64,000 nucleotides of DNA from NCBI GenBank assembly GCA_951406725.2, contig OX597824.1, positions 34,782,001 through 34,846,000 on the forward strand, given 5' to 3'. The DNA comes from Octopus vulgaris. Its lineage: Eukaryota. This document shows positions 51,465 through 62,950 of the stretch, piece by piece; the first letter of the stretch is position 1, and each line of letters begins with the position of its first letter. Below the pieces are notes generated by a model that worked only from the letters and a program-made list of their open reading frames with translations, was not told the origin of the DNA and ran no database searches. The position numbers and the translations under genes were made by a program.

Positions 51465-52132
51465 TGAAACTGGCCCTGGCCTCGTCCTAGCCTCTCTGAA
51501 TAAGCGAGTTTTTTTATCTCTTCATCCAACACCGGAGGTTTGATTGCAGCATGTGCTTTTTTAGCTCCAGCCTGGATCTCTGCCTTAATCTGGTCATACT
51601 TGTTGAGCTCATCAAGAATGAGGCGAAACTCTTCATCTGAGATTCGACCATCCATGAGTGCACTCGAGACATGGTCTGCGATGGTATTCAGCTTGCTCTC
51701 TGCCAGGAGTCTGACCTCGTTATGCTTTTTGGCTTTGACTGTGAGACGGTGGCCAACAAACTTGCCTATTACTCCAAGGCTGCCACATGCCAGGGCCGCA
51801 ATTTCAAGGCCCAAGACTACTGGGGCCACAATAATGGTAGACAGAAGGCCCACACCACCGATGCCCATCCCCAACACTGTGTCAATGCCATCGACAACAT
51901 TGACCCCATGGCAGTATTTTTTGTACAGTTGACCCCGTTTGTCCCTCTCGTCTTCAAGTCGTTCTTTTTCCAGTTGTGAGACCTCTTGAAGCGAGTGGGA
52001 TTGTGCAGTATCAATGAGATAAGGCAGATGTGGATAAAGTGTTGGCGTATAACTTAGTGTGATGTATGCCTTGCCAGCAGATTCGCTGTTAACTGATGTG
52101 CTATCAGCTGGTGGAGCAGTTGCTTGCTTCAT
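51465..52132 (-). CDS. Maverick-associated membrane protein (coiled coil + Gly/Ala-rich hydrophobic hairpin)
   Basis: YPHL...LYKKY...GIGGVGLLSTIIVAPVVLGLEIAALACG...KAKKHNEVRLLAESKLNTI...ISDEEFRLIL; the C-terminus is probably frameshifted. Confidence 0.6.
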
Positions 52133-52159
52133 GATGTTATGGAGTAACTATGGCAAAGC

Positions 52160-52570
52160 TACAGGTCGAGTTCAATTAAAACGCAGTGAGGACATCAGCG
52201 TTGGTCGTAGCTGACCTGAAGCTTACTCGGTCGCATTGGGCAAGCTCTAGTGGGGTCCCAAATGTATTAGTACCAGAGTATTGGTCTGAGGTTACCCCAT
52301 ATGATGTATGTTATCCCGTTAACCACAATATTGACCGTTGCTATGGTGCCCGGGGAAGTGGTAACTCTGGTTACAGTTAGTCGCATTCGGTGAACCCTGC
52401 CTGCAGCCATCATGTTGTAGCCATGCATTGGCAGATTGGCACCAGCACCGAATGACCATTCATATTGGCCCGTTCCAAGAGTGCCACTTCGTTCAGCCCA
52501 CATGGTTATGAGAGGCTTCCGGCTATCGACATACCTTTTTGTGGCTACATCGTGTTCATCAACTGGAACG
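52160..52570 (-). pseudogene. Fibre/adhesin-like virion protein fragment
   Basis: PVDEHDVATKRYVD (DAATKxYVD-type neck motif) followed by a beta-rich domain. Confidence 0.45.
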
Positions 52571-53463
52571 TCACCAAACTTCAAGTGAGTGCTGGGGACG
52601 GTGTCTCAGGTGGAGCTGACGGTGCCATTGTAGAAGCCTATGGCAACCACTTCTACATTCCCCTCGACTTCAAGCTTCTAGAGAGCCATATGCCCTTCTA
52701 CCAGTCAGCACTTGGTGATAGGCTCGAGTAGGAGTTGACATTTAACGACTACTCCCTCATGGTCCAGGCCACTGGAGACGCTAACCCCAGTTACTCCATT
52801 GAAAACATCTGCCTGGAGTATGACATGGTCACACTCCCTGAACTGGCAAGGATGATCCACAACCAGTACAGTGGCTGCCTGGCCATCCTGTACGACCGTG
52901 TACTGCGGTACCGCAAAATTGCAACCAACAAGAGCAACACTTTGTGGAACGTTAACCTGAACATGCCTGCTCGCTCGATGAAGGGCATTCTGTTGTTGTT
53001 TGAGGATGTTGCTGTGCATCAAGCCTTTCAGCGGGGCACCGAGGCCTTCTACAACCCCAAGATAACCAACGTAGAAGTTACCATTGAGGGGGTCCCCAAC
53101 AAGCTGTACAGCCAAGGCCTGCATGCATACCAGCAGTGGGTCGAAGCAAAGATGTTCTTTGCCGCCGGCTGCAAGTGACATCTCGAGGTGGCCATGGTCG
53201 TGAAAGACCTTGCTCTTAAAGACATGTCTTTGGGGTAGTTCTTGACCTCCAAGTTCACCCTCTGGCATGACCTCCACACCACGGACAATGACCAGCTCCA
53301 TGGCAGTGGCCGGCGCATTGAGAATGCCAGCGAGGGTGTGACCATCCAGATCCTGAAAGCGGTAGAGGCCATGGGTGCATTGAACGTCTACCTGTACATC
53401 ATTATGGGCACACAGCTCAACATCGAAGATGGCCGATTCGTCTCAGTGTGCAACTTATACTGA
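52566..53463 (+). pseudogene. Double jelly-roll-like major capsid protein, N-terminally truncated, three in-frame stops
   Basis: One frame across stops: YGNHFYIPLDF..LESHMPFYQ..LGDRLE*ELTFND..IENICLEYD..WNVNLN.PARSMKGILLLF..FYNPKITNVEVTIEG.PN..LHGSGRRIEN. Confidence 0.7.
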
Positions 53464-53479
53464 TACTTCATATCATCAA

Positions 53480-53597
53480 CTCTTTCCACCGGGCCCCCAC
53501 TCTGCAATTATTTGTGGAATGACCGGGTGTGGGAAAACGGTCTTCACGCTGGACCTCCTGGAGGGCCCCTATCGTAGTTTCTTTCAGCACATTGTGT
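53480..53597 (+). pseudogene. A32/FtsK-like packaging ATPase, N-terminal fragment
   Basis: PHSAIICGMTGCGKTVFTLDLL Walker A directly after the capsid gene; truncated. Confidence 0.7.
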
Positions 53598-53882
53598 GGA
53601 TAATGTTTGAAATTTAGTTAGATTCATTTGTGTCATTTAAATAGCAGAGAACCCCAGTCGCCACAACCTCCAGTGTTTGCAAATAACAGCAGAGCAGAGA
53701 CATTCTCTATCAAAAAACTATACTGAGCTGAAGTTCAAAATTCGGTGATTAATTTTTATCATTCCATAGTGATCTTATAACAGTTGTGTATAGTAAATTA
53801 TTATATTCATCTTCTGTTTCTTCATAAAAAACTATTTGGAACTAGCAAAGGTTAAGTGAATGCAATCAAATGAAATGTAAAT

Positions 53883-56280
53883 ATCATCATCATCATTAAC
53901 ATCATCATCATCATTTAACATCCATTGTCCATGCTGGCATGGGTTGGATAGTTTTACCAGGGCTGGCAGGCTGGAGTCTCCACCAGACTCCAGTTTCTAC
54001 AGCTATATGCCCTTCCTAATGCCTACCACTCTGAGAGTATAATGGGTGCTTTTATGTGCCACTAGCATAGATGCCAGTTGCATGACACTGGTAGCTGTCA
54101 CAACTAGGATTTCATGTAACTTGATGGGTCTTCTTCTCAAGCATGGCATATTGCTGAAGGTCTTGGTCATTTGTCATTGCTCCGTGAGGACTGATTCTTG
54201 AAAGGCACAGCTGCTAGTTATACAACACCAGCACAGGTGTTAGATATGTGACACCAGCATTGCACATTACCTCCATGAGGCCCAACACTCGAAAGGTGCT
54301 TTTTACATGTCACCAACATGGGTACCAGTTATGTGATTCTGGCATTGGCCATAACTGTGATTTCATTTGACTTGATGGTTCCTCTCAAGCATAGCATATT
54401 GTCAAATGTCTCGGTCACTAGTCATTGCCTCTGTGTGGCCCAACATTTGAAGATCATACTTCACCACCTTGTCCCATGTCTTCCTGGGTCTACCTCTTCC
54501 ACAGGTTCCCTCTACAGTTAGAGATCAGCACTTCTTTGCACAGCTCTCCTCATCTATACACATTTGAGGCCCTTTGCTTCTAGGCATTGCCTCAATGCCT
54601 GAAATTTCTTCTCTAGTTCTGGTAGTGATTCAGCTTTAAGAACAAGATCCTCAGCACAGAGGAGCTCCTAGGGGCAGTCCATCTTAAATTCCTCTGTTAT
54701 TGCCTGGAGGACTATGATGAACAAGAGGTGGGTGGAGGACTGATCTTTGGTGAACTCTTACTTCTACCTTGAATTCATCGCTATACTTGTTGTCAACCCT
54801 CACCTTACTGACTGCATCCTTGTACATAGCTTGTACTACTCTCACCAACCACTCATCTATCCCTAGTTTCTGCATTGACCACCAGATAAGGGAACAGGAG
54901 ATCCTGTCAAAGGCTTTCTCCATGTCAACAAAAGTCAAGTACAGAAGTTTATCTTTGGCTAGGTACTTCATCTGCAACTGCCACTCTGGAAATGTAGCAT
55001 CAGAGGTGCCTTTTCCCTGGCACAAAACCAAGCTGCATCTCATCTAAACCAATTCTCTCCCTAATTAGTTGGGCTATGATCCTCTCCGTGACTTACATCA
55101 CTTGTTCCAACGATTTGATGCCTTTGTAATTATTTCTATCTAAGGTGTCACCTTGTAGCAGTTGACTATGGTGCCGCTACACCAGCCATTGGGTATGTCT
55201 TTTTTGTGTACTACCTGGTTAAATATATGGGCAACTAAACCATAGCCCACACCACCAGATATTTTAAGCATCTCAGTGGTGATTCCTGATGGGCCGAAGG
55301 CTTTCCCCATCTTCATATCTTTCATATTTTTGCCTAAAATGCTTCTGTTTATTTGGATTGCTAGTCCCTCTGTTGGATCCATAGGCAGACTCTCCTCCTC
55401 CCATGAGTTCTCTACACTTAGCAGCCTTTCATAGAGGCACTTTCAAGCCTCTTTTTGCTGAGTCACTAAATGCAAGTGAACCATTATCCATGTGAGCACA
55501 CTTCTCTCCCACATCATAATTTTCCCTGGCACACTGTCTTGCAAACCAAAACACTTGAAGCTGATGGTCCTCATGCTGCAGAACATTGGTCAACTTCTTC
55601 CTTTTTGCTCTACCTCTGGCTAAATATACCTGCTTCCTAGCTTCCGTTCTAGCTGCCTGATCTAGCTCCTTGCTACCAACACCCTTCCAATCCTTCCAAG
55701 CCTGTTTCTTTGCTCTGATGGCCCTGTCAGCTACACTGTTCCACCACCACACACCTTAGGCCTGTTTGGCACTTTGCACTAGCCACAAATTTTGTTTGTA
55801 GCTCTCAGTAAGTTGTCTTGTAGGAGCTTCCAGTTATCCTCTATGTTACAAGTCCTCCTTCTTCTCATTAAATGCTTCATTTAGGACATCTTTAAATCTC
55901 TGACTGTTCAAAGGATCCTTAAGCTTCCATATCTTCTTTTTCGAAACTTGGTTGCTTCTTGGGATCCTTTGTGCCAGTAGTTTGAAGTAACTAATGAGTA
56001 ACCTATGCTGTGTGGTACATTCTTCTCCAGGGAAGGTCTTTGCATTTATGAGAAGCCATGAATCCCACTTTCTGGTGAGAATGTAATCAATCTGTGTAGC
56101 ATGGTCACCAGATTTGTAGGTTATCAGGTGACTGGCTGGCTTTCTGAAGTTGGTGTTGCAGATCATTAAGTCATTTGCATCACTGATCTCCAGTAGCCTT
56201 GTTCCCTCCTCATTTCAGGAACCAATTCCATGGCCCCCATGCTCTCCATGAAAGACACCTGGGGCTTGCCCAGCATATGT
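53883..56280 (-). mobile_element. Old RTE LINE copy with internal deletions
   Basis: (CAT)n tail, 3' UTR, FVDMEKAFD, KAFGPSGITTEMLK, WWWNS and TQIDYIL; further RT-end fragments at about 56300-56660 and 60370-60740. Confidence 0.9.
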
Positions 56281-57519
56281 TCAAGAATATCTGATGATTC
56301 TAATGCCCATTTTTTCTTTCAGTACATACGTACTTTGTTGCACATGCACACTAACATTACCCGTCCATCATAGCATGTTAGTTTTATTTCTCTCTAGTCT
56401 TTACATATCTTCTGAATTCTTAGAACAAGTTTCACAACCATAAAGCATTGCTGTTTCATACACAGGCATCATACAATCTGCCTTTCACTCTGGGAGAGAG
56501 GACTTTTGTTACTAAAAGAGTTAAAAGTTCTCTAAACTTTCTCTAACTGCTCCTTATCCTATACTTCCATTGCTTCCACTGATAATTAGGTTACCTAGAT
56601 AACAGAAACTATCTGCTACTTCTAGGGAGCCTCCTGGGCATCCTAGAACATTGTTATCTCTGCCTTTTTTACTGAACCTAGAAGAGGTAACTCATCGATC
56701 TTTAAAGCAGTCTTTAATATTATGGTCATAACATGTCTGCTTGCCATGCTGGCATGAATTGATAATTTCAGCAAGATCCAACAGACTGGAGGATCACATC
56801 TCTCTCCAATTGTTCTTGTGGCTGGATTGCCTTCTTTATGCCATCTACTTGAAAATATGTACTAGTGGCACCAGCATTAGTGATGTTGCCTTGTAATCTG
56901 CAAGACTGAGAGAGAGAGTATCAGAGTATGAGTTGGTTTTATGTGAGATTCAAATATGATGTGAAAAACCAGAAAAGTTTATTGCTGTTGGGGAGATTCA
57001 AGGCTTCCCAATATCATATACGGGTAGGTGGGTTACAGGGAATGGTGCCAAAAGAGAGATTGTGGTGATGAGGTACTTGAGTGTACCTTCAAGGTAACAT
57101 GTTCCAGAAGGTAATATACAAGAAAGCATAGAGACAGAAGGATGAAGAAAGATAGGTAAAGGTTGTTAGAATATATGTGAAGAATGAATGATTGATAGAG
57201 CTTGTGGTTGCTAATATCAAAATAAGAAGTGCTGGTGGTACTAGTTATAACAGCAGTAGGATTATATTAGCAATAATGGGTGACAAAGTAATAATTATAT
57301 ATCAACAGAAGTTGTAATAATCATGACAGTAATGGTAATACTACTATAACTAATTGTGATATTGGTTTATTAGAAACTTATTACAGCTAGGTGGACTACA
57401 ACAGATTCACAGAAATGTTCAGTGAAATAAAACAGCCTACATTCTCCGATGAATGAAAGTTTACAGCCTGTCTTATCATTATTTATATGTGTGTGTGAAT
57501 GTGAGAATATTTTTATTGA

Positions 57520-57835
57520 TATATAAGCTTGCTTCCAAACAATGTGATCTTAGGTTCAGTCCTACTGTGTGACTTGTTGTTCAAATGTCTTCTACTGTAG
57601 CCTTTGGCCAACCAAGGCCTTCTGAGTACATTTGGAAGATTGAAACTATAAGAAATCGACAGTGTGTGTGTATTTTTGTTTGTTCCCCTCCATCTCTTGA
57701 GAACTGGTGTTGGTTTGTCTCCATCCTTATAATATAGCTGTGTGGCAAGAGAGACTGATAGAATAAGTACCAGACTTAAAAAATAACTATTGGGCACTGC
57801 CCCAGCATGGCCACAGTCCAATAACTGAAACACAT
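57520..57835. mobile_element. Rearranged SINE (head on minus strand, tail on plus strand)
   Basis: 57520-57650 matches the SINE head in mixed orientation; 57700-57835 matches the tail. Confidence 0.5.
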
Positions 57836-58258
57836 AAAAAGATCAATTTAAGAAGTTGGTGACTAAGTTAGTAAAGTGAAGTGTCTTTGAACATGGCTTA
57901 GAGTTATTATTATTAGGAATGAGCTATTTCTCTAGAAATTCAATAACCTTTGCTTAAATAACTGATATCAGATTAAGATTACACAGCCACATTTTTTAAG
58001 GTCACATTTAAAAGTTCTTGCATGTCAAGTGACCACATAACTTCTTTACTTCCTCTGTAGATGATTATATCTATTTTGAAATCTCACTTTTCTGAATTCA
58101 AGTTTGATTGTGGCTGGTTTTAGAATTTTATTTTTCTGGGCCATGTAAAATGGTATGATTAATTCTGTTGATCTTGTATGTAGTTAAAGAATTTCAATCC
58201 TTTAATTCTCATATATTGTTGATATTTTATTATTGATTGTGTGAATTTATATTTTCAG

Positions 58259-58977
58259 GAACACTCCAAGAGAAAAGAGGGCTGTTATTTTATACAGAGG
58301 ACCATACTTACCACTGTGAAGCCATTGATAAGTTTATATCTTTCATGAATAAGAGTAAATGTAAACTAGAAGTTGCTGCTCAGCTAGTGAAAGGTGGTGA
58401 TCCATTAAGACTGAGTTTAGAAATTCAAAAGTCTGATTTTATAATTCTTGTTTACTCCAAAGCTCTTCACAAAAGAATTCAGGCATGGAAAAGCAACCAA
58501 GATTACATAAATTTTTTAAAAGAGGATAACTCAGCACTGTTGACAGTTTCCCTTCTTAGAGAACTTAATGCAAGCAACAAACTTATCATTTGTAAGTTTC
58601 CTCAGGTACCAAACTCCAGTATCAGCAGTGAATTACCTTCAATCAAGTGTTACACTCTTACAAAAGAGTTGAACTCGCTTATTAAAAAAATCCATCGATC
58701 AAGAGTGCATCAAGAGCTCGCTATTCGTGTCAAGAGTAACAAGCTCAATCATAAATTTAACTCTTTGACAAACACAATTAAGAATGCTGCCACATTTGAA
58801 GAAAATAATTCCAATTGGTTTCAAGACAAATATATTTGCCCTAAGAAAATGGAATCTTTAAATGAAATGCCTGATTACAGTGCAAACTTTTCAGATGGAT
58901 GTGAACGTAGTATTTTTTCAGTCCCTGTAAGTTATATGTTGGAACAGATCAATGAGTACAATGACTCATCAGTATAA
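58259..58977 (+). CDS. IL-17 receptor-like terminal exon, SEFIR domain
   Basis: ttttcag acceptor. GLLFYTEDHTYHCEAIDKFISFM...EIQKSDFIILVYSKA...IICKF...CYTLTKELNSLIKKIH follows the SEFIR pattern (V.IVYS.D...H...V..LA.FL / ADKVIIVCS / Y.L......L...L). Open to TAA. Confidence 0.85.
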
Positions 58978-59040
58978 AAGGATTCATAGGCTGGATTCAT
59001 TTATTTTAACAAAGATTTGGTTCCATTTTTTTAATTTTTA

Positions 59041-59334
59041 TTAGCAGTATCGCCCGGCGTTGCTCGGGTTTGTAAGGGAAATAACTATATAAGCATTTTT
59101 AGAGAGTTACTTCCCTTATATAAACCGAGCAAAAAATGCGGAAAAGTGATGGTAAATTTTTTTTTAAATCGTAGACTCATCGTAGATGCGTGGTAATACC
59201 CAGAAGGGCTTGATATGAATCACGACTATAAGATACCCGATTTTGGTTAAACTGCACCGCAAAATGTGGGAGTAGTTAGGGATCAAAATCGGAGTAGACA
59301 GACACACACACAACTTTAGTTTTATATATAAAGA
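59041..59334 (-). mobile_element. Non-autonomous Helitron in the probable 3' UTR
   Basis: Near-identical to 36226-36532; starts 64 nt after the stop codon. Confidence 0.85.
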
Positions 59335-59545
59335 TATCTCATCCTGGATCCTTTCTGCTTTTCTTTTACCTTTTCACTCTGCCTTTTTCCTTCCCTTACC
59401 TGACGTTCTGTATTCGTCTTTCTCTCATAGAGACAAAAACAGCAAAATCCACATTTAACATTAAAAAACAAAACAACTTATTTTTTACACTTGCCTACTT
59501 TATTGACATGCTACTGTGAGAAATAATTATATTTTTATGAGGATA

Positions 59546-59937
59546 GGACAGGAGTGGCTGTGTGGTAAGTAGCTTGTTTACCAACCACATGGTTCCAGGT
59601 TCAGTCCCACTGTGTCGCACCTTGGGCAAGTGTTTTCTGCTATAGCCTTGGGCTGACCAAAGCCTTGTGAGTGGATTTGGTAGACGGAAACTGAAAGTTG
59701 CCTGTCATAATATATATGTATGTATGTGTGTATATGTTTGTGTGTGTGTGTGTCCCCCCAACATTGCTTAACAACCGATGCTGGTGTGTTTATGTCCCCG
59801 TAAGTTAACAGTTCGGCAAAAGAGACAAATATAAGTGCTAGGCTTGCAAAGAATAAGTTCTGGGGTTGATTTGCTCGACTAAAGGCGGTGCTCCAGCATG
59901 GCCACAGTCAAAATAACTGAAACAAATAAAAGAGTAA
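59546..59937 (+). mobile_element. Full-length tRNA-derived SINE
   Basis: tRNA-like head (tggctgtgtggt A-box, ggttcagtccc B-box), internal (TA)(TG) microsatellite, CR1-like tail. Confidence 0.88.
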
Positions 59938-61343
59938 AGTTTCCAAAATTCAGACAGTTTATTAAATTGTAAATTTATTGAACTTTTAATGACCCTGAAT
60001 AGGAAGCATCTCCAAGATTTTCTTATCATAATGCCATTTTCTGTTGGCTCCTGCAGGCTTAGAGGAAAATTTGTATTCATCAGTTCAAGCAAATAAAACA
60101 GTATGAAGAATCATGTGAAATAAGTGGTGTAGAGGAAAGCTGGTGATATATGCAGTTCAACTAATATTAAATTACAACAGCAGAATACTGCAGTTAGAGA
60201 GACGATTGGTGGTGGGGTTGTTTTCAAAAGGAAAATGGGTGAGAGGACACAATTGTGCCTATACACATATATATGTACAAAGAGATTGTGCTTCTAGAAT
60301 CTGTGTTACTGAGATGAGTGGATCTGAACTACATATTTCCAGTCACCTTAATTAAGTATCATCCTCTGTGAGCTTCAAGGTCTTGAGATCAGCTTTCATA
60401 ATTTTTCCCCATGTCTTTCCAAGTATCTCTCTTCCAAAAGCTCTATCTACATTAAATGACTGGTACTTTGTTTATTAAGTTGTCCTCATCCATGCACATC
60501 AATTGTCTCTACCAGTGAGTCATCTTACTTGCATTCTACATCTGATTCATTTTGTGCCCAGTTTTTCTCTCAGCATATCTGTACTATGTCTTTCATGTAC
60601 ATCCAACAAAGCATGCTTGCTTCATTTCTTTCTCGTCTACTCAAATCCTCTGTATTCAAGTCCCTAGTTTCACTACAATAGAGCATGAAAACATCATACA
60701 ATCTACCTTTCACTCTGAGGAAAAGGGTTTTGTTTACCCCAGTGGCTCGTAATCATGTGTGTGTGTGTAAAGTTGTGAGGATCTCAATCATCCCGGCAAT
60801 TAACTCTAACATATATTTAGCTAATAGAGTACTCAGGATGAATACTAGTAATATTCACTAGCTATTAACAAGCAATGGAATATTAATTAGTTAAGTTAAC
60901 TAGTTAAATGAAAATAAGTACTTTCTAAATCCAAAGTATGTAGCAAAAAACTGGACATTTCATGCAGTTTAGAATATAAGAGATGAGTTTGTTAAATTAT
61001 ACTTTGCATGTTCATTCTTCACAGGGATGTAAAATATGCTACCAAGCCACTCTAATTTGAGTGATGGATGTTGTATGGATGTGTGTGTCTGAATCCTGTT
61101 ATACATACAATTATATATGTATGTGTACACATTCACACCATCTGGCCAAACACACACACTCACATACACACATACTATTTACAAACTGAGACTTGATAAT
61201 GATAATTATTCAAATTTTTATTTGAAAATACAAAATTCTTTATAAACTAATCAATTATGATTTTATGAGTTTTATTGAAGTTTGCCATTCTAGTATTACA
61301 ATATTGATTTCTTTTCAGTTATTTCAAACAAACCCTCCACATA

Positions 61344-62950
61344 CACTACCGTCAGAAATTAATTAGCAACCTTGATTTTCTCTTCACTCAAGGTATTTGC
61401 TGTCACCTAGTGGCCATATCTCGAACTATTGCTTTGTTGTGAGTTCACTGTTGCGCAGAACGATGACGTAACTTTGTTTGCAGAGCAGTTTGAGAGTCTA
61501 CAGCCTAATGATGTTGACATAGCAGTGCAACAACAACTTGGAGTGCGGATGGAGACAAATCTTCCTTTGTTTAATAGATATAGGTAGCGCCTCGCAAGGA
61601 CCGAAATCACACTGTACTAAGTTTTCTCATCGCGTAAGACGTTTTGAACAGCTCATAGGTTAATTGATTTGTGTATTTGCAAGATTTTTTTTCCTCACAA
61701 ATTCTCCTACACTCTGCTTGATGACGTCACTTCCGGTTCACGAAACTTTCTGTTATACATCAAATAAGGTGAGAAATTCTGCTTTCTTTCTTTTTTGTTT
61801 AATGAATAATAACTCATAGCAGTTTTGTTATAGCATAACATTATTCAAATGAATAGTTTTAATGAAAATAACTGGTTTTTATCGTTCATTCCTAGATGGG
61901 CCCAAGACCTCGCATGACCTTGGAGAGACGGTACGAGGCTCTCTCGTGGCGTGGGAAGCTGTCGGAGGCTGCAATAGCCAGAAAACTTGGTGTAGCCAGG
62001 CGCACAATTCAGTGCTTATTTAAGAAATACGAGGAAACCGGATCAGCAGCTGACAAAAAGGGTAGGGGACAAAAGAGGCTGACGACCCAGCGGGAGGACC
62101 AGATGCTGATCCGAAAGTCGCTGTACAACCGAAGGGCAACGAGCCAGCAACTGGCGGAGGAGATGCAAAAGATGACAGGGAAGCAGTTGTCTACAACCAC
62201 CGTCAAGACCAGATTACTGGAAGCTGGTCTAAAATCCTGTAGGGCCGCCCATAAGCCGCTCCTTACAGCCCAAAACTGGAAGAGGCGGCTGCTCTGGGCC
62301 CGTGCCCACAAGACATGGACCGTGCAGCAGTGGTGGACAGTGATGTTCACTGACGAGTCGCGATTCAGTCTTGTCAGTGACAAGCCTGTCCATGTGCGAC
62401 GCCGCAGGGGTGAGCGCTTCAACAAAGACTGCATTGCTCTCACCATGAAGCATGGTGGGGGTGGTCTGATGGTGTGAGGGGCGTTCAGCTAGTGGTGTTG
62501 GGCGGCTCTATGCCGTCGAAGGCAACATCAACGCAGCAAAGTACGTTGAGATAGTACGGGATACCTCTTTGGTGGCAAGGAGTACGTGCTCCAGCAGGAC
62601 AACGTGCTTTCCCACACAGCCAAGCTCACAACCGGTTTCTTCAAGGACCATGGGGTGACGGTCATGGACTGGCCTGGCCAGTCACCTGACCCCTATTGAG
62701 AACCTCTGGAGTCGATTGGGTAGGGATTTGAATGTGCAGCAATACAGGAACCGACACAAGCTGTTTGGGGCACTTCTTGCTGCATGGAGGGCCATCCCTG
62801 CACAGTACCTGCAGGCACTCATAGACAGCATGCCGACCCCGCGTAGCAGCTGTCATTGCTGCCAAAGGAGGAGCAACAAGATATTGACTAAATTTCACGA
62901 TTAATAACAATTATGTGGTGTGCTGGGATATGTTTTAATAAATTTTTGAT
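61344..62950 (+). mobile_element. Tc1-like transposon; transposase 61896 to about 62900 disrupted, right TIR not found
   Basis: HTH, GRGQKRLTT, KPLLT, WWTVMFTDESRF, KHGGGGLMV, LQQDN and WPGQSPD..PIENLW; TA-CACTACCG candidate left end. Confidence 0.88.

Larger units (their letters stand above)
50021..53600. mobile_element. Maverick/Polinton (adintovirus-like) endogenous element relic
   Basis: AGTAGT terminus-like motif, subterminal direct repeats, GC-richer intronless ORFs, and capsid-like plus packaging-ATPase fragments. Confidence 0.75.

Noticed and set aside
53645-53744. Candidate juxtamembrane exon after the Maverick relic
   Set aside because: It is open in phase 1, but the only nearby donor gives phase 2, which does not fit the SEFIR exon; splice sites are weak.
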